In this document: piece by piece, positions 36,106 through 44,620 of the stretch
Numbering within the stretch: position 1 is the stretch's first letter
Layout of the letters: every line of letters begins with the position of its first letter
From: an uncultured Bacteroidota bacterium
GTDB taxonomy: Bacteria > Bacteroidota > Bacteroidia > Bacteroidales > VadinHA17
NCBI GenBank assembly: GCA_903844815.1
Contig: CAIMVD010000375.1
Coordinates: 8,918 to 72,917 of the forward strand
Direction: 5' to 3'
DNA length: 64,000 bases
Notes under the pieces: generated by a model
What the model was told of the DNA's origin: nothing
Database searches by the model: none
Seen by the model: only the letters and a program-made list of their open reading frames with translations
Made by a program: the position numbers and the translations under genes

Positions 36106-36909
36106 TTACTTAACGAGTATCACGTTGAATACTACATCCTTTCCGGGGAAATGAAGTACACACAGATAGTTTCCGGCATTCAGGCTTGTAAGGTTAAGTG
36201 TACGGGTACCTGCTTCTATATCAGTTAGTTTTTCTGAGTAAGCAACCTGCCCTGAATTGTTTATTATCTTCACAGTACAATCAGCTGCAGGTTGTTTAAA
36301 GTCTATCTTCAGAAAACCTGTTGAAGGATTTGGATAAACATTAAAGTCTTTTGTCTCAAGTGTCCCTTCGACGCCAGAAATTAGCGGTTTCCATTCAACC
36401 GAAATAGTATTTAAGTATGCAGTGTTTGCAGGACTTGATGTAAAGGTAGTTACACCTTTTGTGAAGGTGAATGATGTTGTAATTTTATCGGTTCCTTCCA
36501 CCTTGTTTCTACCCCATTCATTCTCAAGCCATACCTTATAATCGCCGTCAGCAACATTTGTTCCCGAAGTGTTGGTTCCGTTCCATAACACGGTTAATGT
36601 CAGGCCTCCTGGAAGAGTGGCTCCTGAAACTGCATCGGCTCCGACACCATTCCTTGCCGATTTGCCAACCCAGTTTGTCAGATGGTCGGTCTCGCCGCCA
36701 GTATATTTCCACTTAGTCATAATAAATGTTCCTGCAGTGTTTTCAATCCAGATTGCAAGCAGATTTTCGCCGAAATAACTTCCTGTCGGAGGAGTTGTAA
36801 CAACTGAAAAAGTTAATGTCCCTGCAGTTTGCGAATAGGCTTTGCCCGATGACAGTAATAAAACGAAGAAAAGAACAATGCTTGATAATACTGGTAATTT
36901 TTTTCTCAT
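36106..36909 (-). CDS. Secreted protein with T9SS type A (Por) C-terminal sorting domain
   Basis: The track ORF extends to 37074. The ATG at 36909 gives signal peptide MRKKLPVLSSIVLFFVLLLSSGKAYSQ. The C-terminus FNVYPNPSTGFLKIDFKQPAADCTVKIINNSGQVAYSEKL...LNAGNYLCVLHF is a type A CTD. The N-terminal domain (LLAIWIENTAGTFIMT...) may be DUF2271-like; that is a tentative call. Confidence 0.8.
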   Translation of the reverse strand: MRKKLPVLSSIVLFFVLLLSSGKAYSQTAGTLTFSVVTTPPTGSYFGENLLAIWIENTAGTFIMTKWKYTGGETDHLTNWVGKSARNGVGADAVSGATLPGGLTLTVLWNGTNTSGTNVADGDYKVWLENEWGRNKVEGTDKITTSFTFTKGVTTFTSSPANTAYLNTISVEWKPLISGVEGTLETKDFNVYPNPSTGFLKIDFKQPAADCTVKIINNSGQVAYSEKLTDIEAGTRTLNLTSLNAGNYLCVLHFPGKDVVFNVILVK

Positions 36910-37019
36910 AATGTAGGGAGTTTGATTAATGTTTTGTGCAAAATAGGTAATTTTAATTAATGTAACATTTATTAAGATATTTTGTTCATGATAATATAAA
37001 ATATTCTCAAAAATCCTGC

Positions 37020-37071
37020 AAAAAAAAATGACCTCTGTGCTCCTTCTAAAGAAAGAACTTACACAGAGGTC
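37020..37071 (-). terminator. Rho-independent terminator downstream of uxs
   Basis: 10-bp stem gacctctgtg / cacagaggtc (37030..37039 and 37062..37071), followed on the minus strand by a T9 run (37020..37028). Confidence 0.65.
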
Positions 37072-37108
37072 CATAAAATAACCCAGATTTCAGATCTGGT
37101 ATGAGTTG

Positions 37109-38047
37109 CTAAATTATTGAACGGAAATAATCAATGGTTTTCACAAGCCCTTCTTCAAGCTGAATCACAGGGGCCCAGTCGAGCTCCTTCTTAGCCAGGG
37201 TTATGTCGGGTTGACGCTGAGTCGGATCATCGGGAGGCAAAGGCATCCTTATGATCTCCGACTTTGAACCCGTGAGCTTAATAACCTTCTCAGCAAGTTC
37301 CAGAATAGTGAATTCATTCGGATTCCCGATGTTTACGGGTCCTGTAAACTCATTGCGTGAGGCCATCATACGTATCATACCTTCCACAAGATCATCGACA
37401 TACTGAAAGCTCCGGGTCTGATGACCGTCACCATAAATGGTTATGTCGCGGTTCTGAAGGGCCTGAACTATGAAATTGGATACAACCCTGCCATCATTGG
37501 GATGCATTCGCGGACCGTAGGTATTAAATATTCTTATGATCTTTATTTTTACATTGTTCTGTTTATGATAATTTACAAAAAGTGTCTCAGCCGATCTTTT
37601 GCCTTCATCATAGCACGACCGCTCCCCTATTGGATTTACGTGTCCCCAGTAAGTTTCGGGTTGCGGGTGAACATGAGGATCGCCATATACCTCACTTGTC
37701 GATGCCTGAAGTATCTTTGCCCTTATGCGCTTTGCAAGACCAAGCATGTTTATTGCTCCCATTACCGAGGTCTTGATGGTCTTTATTGCATTATACTGGT
37801 AGTGGATGGGCGAAGCAGGACAGGCAAGATTGTAGATCTCATCAACTTCGATGAAAAAGGGCATTGTCACATCGTGACGGATAAGTTCAAAATAAGGATT
37901 ATTTAGCAGGTGTACTACATTCTGCTTCTGACCTGTAAAATAATTATCAAGACAGACCACTTCGTTTCCGTCCTTCAGAAGCCTGTCGCACAAATGTGAA
38001 CCAACAAACCCGGCCCCGCCGGTTACAAGTACTTTCTTTTTAATCAT
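37109..38047 (-). CDS. uxs: UDP-glucuronate decarboxylase (UDP-xylose synthase)
   Basis: 312 aa SDR. Motifs [104 protein letters not shown] are all UXS hallmarks. Confidence 0.88.
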   Translation of the reverse strand: MIKKKVLVTGGAGFVGSHLCDRLLKDGNEVVCLDNYFTGQKQNVVHLLNNPYFELIRHDVTMPFFIEVDEIYNLACPASPIHYQYNAIKTIKTSVMGAINMLGLAKRIRAKILQASTSEVYGDPHVHPQPETYWGHVNPIGERSCYDEGKRSAETLFVNYHKQNNVKIKIIRIFNTYGPRMHPNDGRVVSNFIVQALQNRDITIYGDGHQTRSFQYVDDLVEGMIRMMASRNEFTGPVNIGNPNEFTILELAEKVIKLTGSKSEIIRMPLPPDDPTQRQPDITLAKKELDWAPVIQLEEGLVKTIDYFRSII

Positions 38048-38108
38048 CTGATCAGGTTTTATGAGTTTTAAGTCTATAGCCTTTTGTCAAGCCTCGTGAG
38101 TCAATAAA

Positions 38109-39434
38109 TTATTTCTTAGTATCAATTCCTATACAGAAATAATCAAAGCCGTACTTATTCATCTCAACCCTGTCATAGATATTTCTCCCATCCACAATCA
38201 CAGCATTATTTAACAGCTTCTTCATTATCTTGAAGTTAGGAAACCTGAACTCAGGCCATTCAGTTACAAGTGCCAGGCAGTCTGCATCAATAAGGGCTTC
38301 ATACTGGTCTTCAACATAAGTTATAGTGTCGCCAAAGTGATGTTTAGCCTCCTTCATAGCCACAGGATCATAGACTTTTACCTTAGCCCCTGCTTCGAGA
38401 AGTTTTTTGATTATAACAAGTGCCGGCGCCTCACGCATGTCATCGGTCTGTGGCTTAAATGAAAGTCCCCATACGGCTATGGATTTGCCTTTAATGTCAC
38501 CATTAAAATAGTTCATGATTTTATTATACAGCACCATTTTCTGGTCCTTGTTTACTGCCTCAACAGCTTTAAGAACCCTTAGTTCATATTTAAAGCTGCC
38601 TGCTGTCCTGATGAGTGCCTGGACATCCTTTGGGAAGCAGGAACCACCGTATCCGATTCCGGGGTAAATGAATTTATTGCCAATACGAGAGTCGGAACCT
38701 ATCCCCTTACGCACCATATTTATATCTGCACCAACAATTTCGCAAAGATTTGCGATGTCGTTCATGAAGCTGATCTTTGTAGCAAGCATTGAGTTGGCAG
38801 CATATTTTGTCATCTCGGCGGAAGTAATATCCATGAAAATAATAGGATGACCGTTGAGGGTAAACGGCTTGTAAAGACTTCTCATCAGATCTTCAGCCTT
38901 TGGACTTTCTAAACCTATAACAATACGGTCAGGCTTAAGGAAGTCATCGATAGCTGCCCCTTCCTTCAGGAACTCAGGATTCGACGCAACATCGAACTCA
39001 ACCGATACTCCCCGCTTTTCAAGCTCCTCCTGAACTGCGGCCTTCACCCTGGTAGCAGTCCCGACAGGAACAGTGCTCTTGGTTACGATTAACAGATAGT
39101 CATTAATGTTTTTTCCGCATTCACTGGCAACAGCCAGAACATATTTTAAATCAGCACTGCCATCTTCGTCAGGAGGAGTACCAACTGCAATAAAAAGGAC
39201 CTCACAGTCGACAAGAGCCTCTGCAATATCGGTAGTGAAACTCAGACGGCCTTTTTTAGCGTTACGGGTCAGCATTTCCTCCAGGCCCGGTTCAAAGATT
39301 GGAATGATCCCATTCTTGAGGTTTTCAATTTTCTTTTTATCAATATCAACACAAACGACATCGATACCTACTTCTGAAAAACATGTTCCTGTTACCAGGC
39401 CAACATATCCGCTTCCTACTATGGCAATTTTCAT
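38109..39434 (-). CDS. ugd: UDP-glucose 6-dehydrogenase
   Basis: 441 aa. MKIAIVGSGYVGLVTGTCFSEVG (NAD fold), GGSCFPKD catalytic-Cys motif, and overall UDPGDH layout. Confidence 0.9.
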   Translation of the reverse strand: MKIAIVGSGYVGLVTGTCFSEVGIDVVCVDIDKKKIENLKNGIIPIFEPGLEEMLTRNAKKGRLSFTTDIAEALVDCEVLFIAVGTPPDEDGSADLKYVLAVASECGKNINDYLLIVTKSTVPVGTATRVKAAVQEELEKRGVSVEFDVASNPEFLKEGAAIDDFLKPDRIVIGLESPKAEDLMRSLYKPFTLNGHPIIFMDITSAEMTKYAANSMLATKISFMNDIANLCEIVGADINMVRKGIGSDSRIGNKFIYPGIGYGGSCFPKDVQALIRTAGSFKYELRVLKAVEAVNKDQKMVLYNKIMNYFNGDIKGKSIAVWGLSFKPQTDDMREAPALVIIKKLLEAGAKVKVYDPVAMKEAKHHFGDTITYVEDQYEALIDADCLALVTEWPEFRFPNFKIMKKLLNNAVIVDGRNIYDRVEMNKYGFDYFCIGIDTKK

Positions 39435-39464
39435 AAAATGTGATGTTAAGTATTAAATTGGCTT

Positions 39465-39472
39465 CAAATATA
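39465..39472 (-). promoter_or_regulatory. Candidate -7 box (TATATTTG) for ugd
   Basis: The plus strand reads caaatata, which is TATATTTG on the minus strand, 31 nt upstream of the ugd ATG. It matches the Bacteroidota TAnnTTTG consensus. No clear -33 element was seen. Confidence 0.35.
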
Positions 39473-39558
39473 TAAAATGTAAATTTCACACCCTGATATT
39501 AATAGAAGTTATTTGCATTTTTACTTTCTTTCGATTTGTTTTTAAGTAAAATTCTAAA

Positions 39559-39752
39559 TCAATGGCGTTTAGTTAAGGAATATTATTACAAACATGAAAA
39601 GAATATTTTACCACAGGGACCACTCTGCTATTCTTGTGTTTTTACCCCCCAACCCCCCAAGGGGGGTGTTCTTAAATCCCCCCTTGGGGGGCAGGGGGGT
39701 AAGAATATGGGAGTAAGAAACTGATTACCCGGGCTTAACTAAACGACATTGA
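39559..39752. repeat. ~194-bp MITE-like / long-hairpin element with a C6/G6 palindromic core
   Basis: Terminal inverted repeats tcaatggcgtttagttaag (39559..39577) and cttaactaaacgacattga (39734..39752) match at 18/19 positions. The core (39645..39699) is C6-AA-C6-AA-G6-tgttcttaaat-C6-TT-G6-CA-G6, a near-perfect dyad with about 20 possible base pairs, 18 of them G:C. Confidence 0.55.
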
Positions 39753-40316
39753 ATCCTAAATTATTAAATATTACGGTAATAAAACATAAGATACCGCAAA
39801 TACCGAAAGCAAATAATATCAGATCCCGATTCCCCTGATTAACAATTACTGGCAGAGTAGGAACTCATGCAAAACGAGGAGAAGTACAGCAAACCTGTAA
39901 GGACGGAACTATTATTAGGGTCGGAATTAGTTCGGGCATTCAACTGAACTGCGGTACAAAACGTGCGAAAGTACTACTGACAAGGTGAGCTGATTCATTC
40001 TTCCCTTGCATAAAGCTCAAATGTCATGATTATTAAACTAATAGTATAATTACTTTATTTATTGCAGGTTATTATGCAGCTCCTCAAATAGTTTGTACTG
40101 TCTTATTAAGAATATATTTTCTTATCTTAGGCACCTAATATGGCAATGTTGTTTTGGGCGGAAAATTGACAGGGGAAAGATCAGGTGAAAAGAAACCACC
40201 GTCTCCTGTGTGCAGGGGGCATCATGGAAGACAGTATGTGATTTGTTCTTAAAAAGACTGAATACCAACGATTTATTACCAGGAACATAAAAAAGTTTGA
40301 CAGAATAATCAAGAAC

Positions 40317-43300
40317 GTGGAAACATTGAGTGAATTCCCAAAAGACGGTATCGGTGCTGAAGACCTTTCACTAACAGCTTCCAAAGCCCTGGATGCTGTC
40401 AGGCGCAAGGAAAACATGCTGAAAGCCATTGCTCTCTCAAGCAGTGAATTAATTTCCAATCCTGATATTTTTGATGCCATTGACAAATCGTTGCCAATCA
40501 TTGGGAAATCAGTCGATGTAGACAGGGTTTACCTTTTCCGGAACAGATTCAGCGAAGATGACAAAGCTGTCTCTTCACAGATTTTGGAATGGAACTCCGG
40601 AAGTTCCTTGCCTCAGATAGATAATCCGGAACTTCAGAATATGCAGTTGGAACACATAGAAGGCTTTCTGGATGAATTACTGCAAAAGCGATCTTTTATT
40701 GCCAAATTATCCGACTTGCCAGCAGGTTCAATTCTGAAAAACATTTTTGAAACAGAAGATGTAAAATCAATTCTTATCATCCCCATTTTCATCAGGGATT
40801 TATTCTGGGGTTACCTTGGATTTGATGATTGCAAATATGAACGGGCATGGGCCGATGATGAAATATCCATACTCAAGAACTTCAGTAACACTATTTCACT
40901 TGCTATTGACCGGGCTGGAATAACTGTTGATCTGGAAAACATGGCGCTTTTCCCCCAGGAGAACCCTGATCCTTTGTTCAGGTTGGATCTCAAGGGTAAC
41001 CTGATTCTCATGAATAAGGCGGCTGAAGCAATAAACATTTTCAGGTATAAAGGAATAGAATATTCATTCGAAGGATTTGCCGGAAAAATAGCATCGACTA
41101 TCTCAGATGATTGCACTCAGAAGGATTTTGAAGTAGAAGCGAATGGGAAATTTTACATGATCAGTTCGTTGCTTTCCCGTAATAAAATCCATATAAACAA
41201 TTATGCAAATAATATAACTGTTTTAAAAAGAACTCAGGCCCAGCTTGAACGGCTTTCGCTTGTTGCCAGCAATAACAGGCAAGGTGTTTATTTTAACGGC
41301 CCCGATTTTAAAATAAATTATGTCAACAGTGCATTGCTTGAATTAACAGGTTATGAAGAGGCGGAGATTCTGGGAAAAACCTCCCGGGAATTATTTTATG
41401 GTCCGTCTACTCATCCTGACAGCATCAAAAAGCTTGAATACAAATCCTTAATATCTGGCCAGACCAACGCAGATCTTATATTATACAGGAAGGACAGAAC
41501 GACCTTCTGGGCAAATGTCAAAGAACAACCCATTCTCAATAAAGACAACGAAACTGAGGAATTTTTTTCCATAATTGAAGATATCAGCGAGAAGAAACTA
41601 TCGGAGGAGAACCTGAAAAACTCCGAGAGCATGCTCGCCTCTCTTGTCGATAATCTGAAAGCAGGCATTCTCCTGGAAGCCGGAAACGGACAGCTTCTGA
41701 TCACTAACAATAGTTTCTGTTCCATGTTCAATATACCCAACAGTCCTTCCGCAATGGTGGGGTCAGATTGCCGGGAGCTTTTAGGAAGAATGGAATACCT
41801 TTTCAGTAATCCATTTGATGCTATAAGAAGGATCGACAAACTCACTTCCGAGAAAAAAATGGTACTCTCCGAAGAGGTCATTCTTGTTAACGGTCAGTAT
41901 TTCGAACGCGATTATATTCCACTTTCTCTTGGTGACACCTTTAAAGGCCATCTGTGGAAATATACCGATATAACTGAACGAATCTACCAGGAAAAGACAT
42001 TAAAGCAACAGGAGGAGAAATACAGGAACATCATTGCCAACATGAAGATGGCTTTGATTGAAACAGATAATGACGACATAATACACTATGTCAATCAGCA
42101 ATTCTGCGAAATGTCAGGTTACTCGGCTGAAGAGATTATAGGTAAAAAATCTGTTGACCTGCTACAGGCCGACGAGTCGAAGCTAATACTGACAGATAAA
42201 AATAAACTAAGGCTGGAAGGGATCTCAGATACCTACCTGATACAATTAAAAACAAAAAGCGGGGAAAAAAGGTGGTGGCTCACAAGCGGCGGGCCGAACT
42301 TCAATGACAAGGGAAAACTCATCGGAACGGTAGGCATTTCGGTCGACATTACTGAACAGAAGATACTGGAAGAGGAACTGCTTATTGCACGGGAAAAAGC
42401 GGAGCAGTCATCAAATGCAAAAGAAGCCTTCCTCTCGAACATGAGCCATGAAATCCGTACCCCCCTGAATGCAATTATTGGCATGATCAGGGAGATATCC
42501 CGGGAATCGCTTTCTGCAAAACAAAATGTATACGTTCAAAATGCGAGTCTGGCAAGCCACCATCTGCTCTCAATTGTAAACAACATTCTTGACATAACGA
42601 AGATTGAATCGGGCCAGATAAACCTCGATATGAGACCTTTCAACCTGAGCAGCCTGATTAAAGATGCTATTTCAATACTATCCGTATCAGCGCAGGAGAA
42701 AATGCTTAAACTTACCGCAGGTATTTCCCACATGCTGGCCCCTGCATATATCGGCGATTCAAACCGGATAAGCCAGATCCTTCTGAACACACTTTCAAAC
42801 GCAATAAAATTTACCGATCAGGGTTCAATAGTCCTTGAATGCATGGTGACAGGAACCGGAAATAATTTTCATGATCTCAGGCTGCAAGTTACCGATACGG
42901 GAATAGGTATTGATGAATCATTTTTAAGAAGTATTTTCGAGAAATTCTCAATGGGTGATTTCACCCCGGCAAGGAAACATGGGGGATCAGGTCTTGGAAT
43001 GTCAATAACCTACCAGCTTGTTCAATTGATGAACGGCACTATTGACGTAAAAAGCACTAAGGGCTCCGGAACGACATTTGTAATTGACCTCAGGCTTGAA
43101 ATAGGCAACGAGAAGGAGATTGACATCACAACCAATACTGAAATCTTCGATGGCCTGAGCAATAAAAAAATATTGCTGGTTGAAGATAATGACCTGAACC
43201 GCCTGGTAGCTACCAATTCGCTAAGCTATCACCATATGAAAGTTACTGAAGCGAAAAACGGAATTGAGGCTATTGAACGGTTAAAGGAAAACAGTTTCGA

Positions 43301-43913
43301 CCTGATCCTGATGGATCTGCAGATGCCTGAAATGGGGGGCCTCGATGCCACCAGGATTATCCGTGAGGAGATGAAACTTCTCACACCCATAATCGCTTTA
43401 ACGGCCAATGCCTTTAAAGCCGAAATTGAACGATGCATTAGTGCCGGAATGAACGATTATATTATCAAACCATTTGAAGAAAACACATTGGTTGGTGCTA
43501 TTCTTAAAAACATAATTATGTCAGAAAAAACATCCGGTGCCGGAAATAGCACAGAAATCCCTGAAGCAGCCCCAAAACTTTACGACCTTGAAGCGATCAT
43601 AAAGATGAGCAGGGGCAATAAGGAATTCATCAGTAAGATAGTAAGAATCTTTGTAGACGATACACCAATTGCTGTTGCCCAGATAAGAAAAGCCATGGAT
43701 GAAGGTGACTTTAATACACTCCGGTCGGTAGCCCACCGGATTAAACCTAACATTGAAAATTTCGGGGTAACCACTCTAAGTCAGGATATAAGATCCATTG
43801 AAACCCTTGCTGCTGAAGGAATAGCAACAAGTGAACTCGAAAGCAGGATCGTCAATCTGGAAAAAATCATAAAAACAGTTGTTGAAAGTCTTGCTGCCGA
43901 ATATTTTTCATGA
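40317..43913 (+). CDS. Hybrid sensor histidine kinase: GAF - multiple PAS - HisKA - HATPase_c - REC - HPt
   Basis: 1198 aa. GAF-like N-terminus (VDRVYLFRN...ILIIPIFIRDLFWGYLGFDD), several PAS modules, H-box SNMSHEIRTPLNAIIGM, G-box HGGSGLGMSITYQLVQLMNG, REC (ILLVEDNDLN...DLILMDLQMPEMGG...ALTANA...DYIIKPF), HPt (SVAHRIKPNIENFG). Start uncertain: GTG at 40317 or ATG at 40416. Confidence 0.88.
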   Translation: METLSEFPKDGIGAEDLSLTASKALDAVRRKENMLKAIALSSSELISNPDIFDAIDKSLPIIGKSVDVDRVYLFRNRFSEDDKAVSSQILEWNSGSSLPQIDNPELQNMQLEHIEGFLDELLQKRSFIAKLSDLPAGSILKNIFETEDVKSILIIPIFIRDLFWGYLGFDDCKYERAWADDEISILKNFSNTISLAIDRAGITVDLENMALFPQENPDPLFRLDLKGNLILMNKAAEAINIFRYKGIEYSFEGFAGKIASTISDDCTQKDFEVEANGKFYMISSLLSRNKIHINNYANNITVLKRTQAQLERLSLVASNNRQGVYFNGPDFKINYVNSALLELTGYEEAEILGKTSRELFYGPSTHPDSIKKLEYKSLISGQTNADLILYRKDRTTFWANVKEQPILNKDNETEEFFSIIEDISEKKLSEENLKNSESMLASLVDNLKAGILLEAGNGQLLITNNSFCSMFNIPNSPSAMVGSDCRELLGRMEYLFSNPFDAIRRIDKLTSEKKMVLSEEVILVNGQYFERDYIPLSLGDTFKGHLWKYTDITERIYQEKTLKQQEEKYRNIIANMKMALIETDNDDIIHYVNQQFCEMSGYSAEEIIGKKSVDLLQADESKLILTDKNKLRLEGISDTYLIQLKTKSGEKRWWLTSGGPNFNDKGKLIGTVGISVDITEQKILEEELLIAREKAEQSSNAKEAFLSNMSHEIRTPLNAIIGMIREISRESLSAKQNVYVQNASLASHHLLSIVNNILDITKIESGQINLDMRPFNLSSLIKDAISILSVSAQEKMLKLTAGISHMLAPAYIGDSNRISQILLNTLSNAIKFTDQGSIVLECMVTGTGNNFHDLRLQVTDTGIGIDESFLRSIFEKFSMGDFTPARKHGGSGLGMSITYQLVQLMNGTIDVKSTKGSGTTFVIDLRLEIGNEKEIDITTNTEIFDGLSNKKILLVEDNDLNRLVATNSLSYHHMKVTEAKNGIEAIERLKENSFDLILMDLQMPEMGGLDATRIIREEMKLLTPIIALTANAFKAEIERCISAGMNDYIIKPFEENTLVGAILKNIIMSEKTSGAGNSTEIPEAAPKLYDLEAIIKMSRGNKEFISKIVRIFVDDTPIAVAQIRKAMDEGDFNTLRSVAHRIKPNIENFGVTTLSQDIRSIETLAAEGIATSELESRIVNLEKIIKTVVESLAAEYFS

Positions 43914-44178
43914 CAATTAAATCCGGTTGGATATTATTATAGACCGTCCATGATACTTTATTTAAAATATTTTTAATGTCGAATATATCCATTAGACGAC
44001 AGATGAATCATTAGTAACGGGAATTTTATTAAATTTGCTGTGGTATATTTTTATTAATGAATGAATTAATTAATAATAGAAGTGGAACAAGGGGAACTGC
44101 TTTTGCTATTAACCTGAAAATTCTGATCTTTAAGTAACAAACATGATTTACAACACATAACTTAATTTAATTACGATT

Positions 44179-44565
44179 ATGAGGCATAAAATACTGGTCA
44201 TCGATGATGAACTGAGCATTCGCCTTCTTCTTGAAAATTTCCTTTCACAGGACTATGATGTAGTATGCGTAAGCGATGGTGTTCAGGCGCTTGAATGGCT
44301 CGAAGGAAACCTTCCCGATCTTATAATATGTGACATCCAGATGCCTAACATGGACGGGTACCAGTGTCTTGAAATGATTCGTCAGCGCGGTTATACAAAA
44401 CACACGCCAATTGTGATGCTTTCGGGCACTGAAGCCAGCAAGGAAAGAATTAAATGCTACAAGCTGGGGGCTCAGGATTACCTCACCAAACCATTTAACC
44501 CTGAAGAACTTGAAGAGATAATCAGGAAGAACCTTTTCCCTGTTCACTATGCTGTAAAATGGTGA
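44179..44565 (+). CDS. Stand-alone response-regulator receiver (CheY-like)
   Basis: 128 aa with all catalytic positions present: VIDDE, ICDIQMPNMDG, VMLSG, LTKPF. Confidence 0.88.
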   Translation: MRHKILVIDDELSIRLLLENFLSQDYDVVCVSDGVQALEWLEGNLPDLIICDIQMPNMDGYQCLEMIRQRGYTKHTPIVMLSGTEASKERIKCYKLGAQDYLTKPFNPEELEEIIRKNLFPVHYAVKW

Positions 44566-44620
44566 CCATCGCAGAAACCTGATAAAAACCAGTTCTATTC
44601 ATTCCGACAAAACGCCATTT

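Noticed and set aside
36910-37074. N-terminal 55 codons of track ORF 36106..37074
   Set aside because: They run through the uxs terminator hairpin and AT-rich spacer. The signal peptide MRKKLPVLSS starts at 36909.
39536-39724. Track ORF of 62 aa containing PQPPKGGVLKSPLGGQGG
   Set aside because: It is the read-through translation of the C6/G6 palindromic element. The proline and glycine runs are what CCC and GGG blocks encode.
40181-40501. Track ORF of 106 aa on the minus strand, overlapping the 5' end of the hybrid kinase gene
   Set aside because: It is antisense to a well-supported GAF-domain coding region and has no recognisable motifs.
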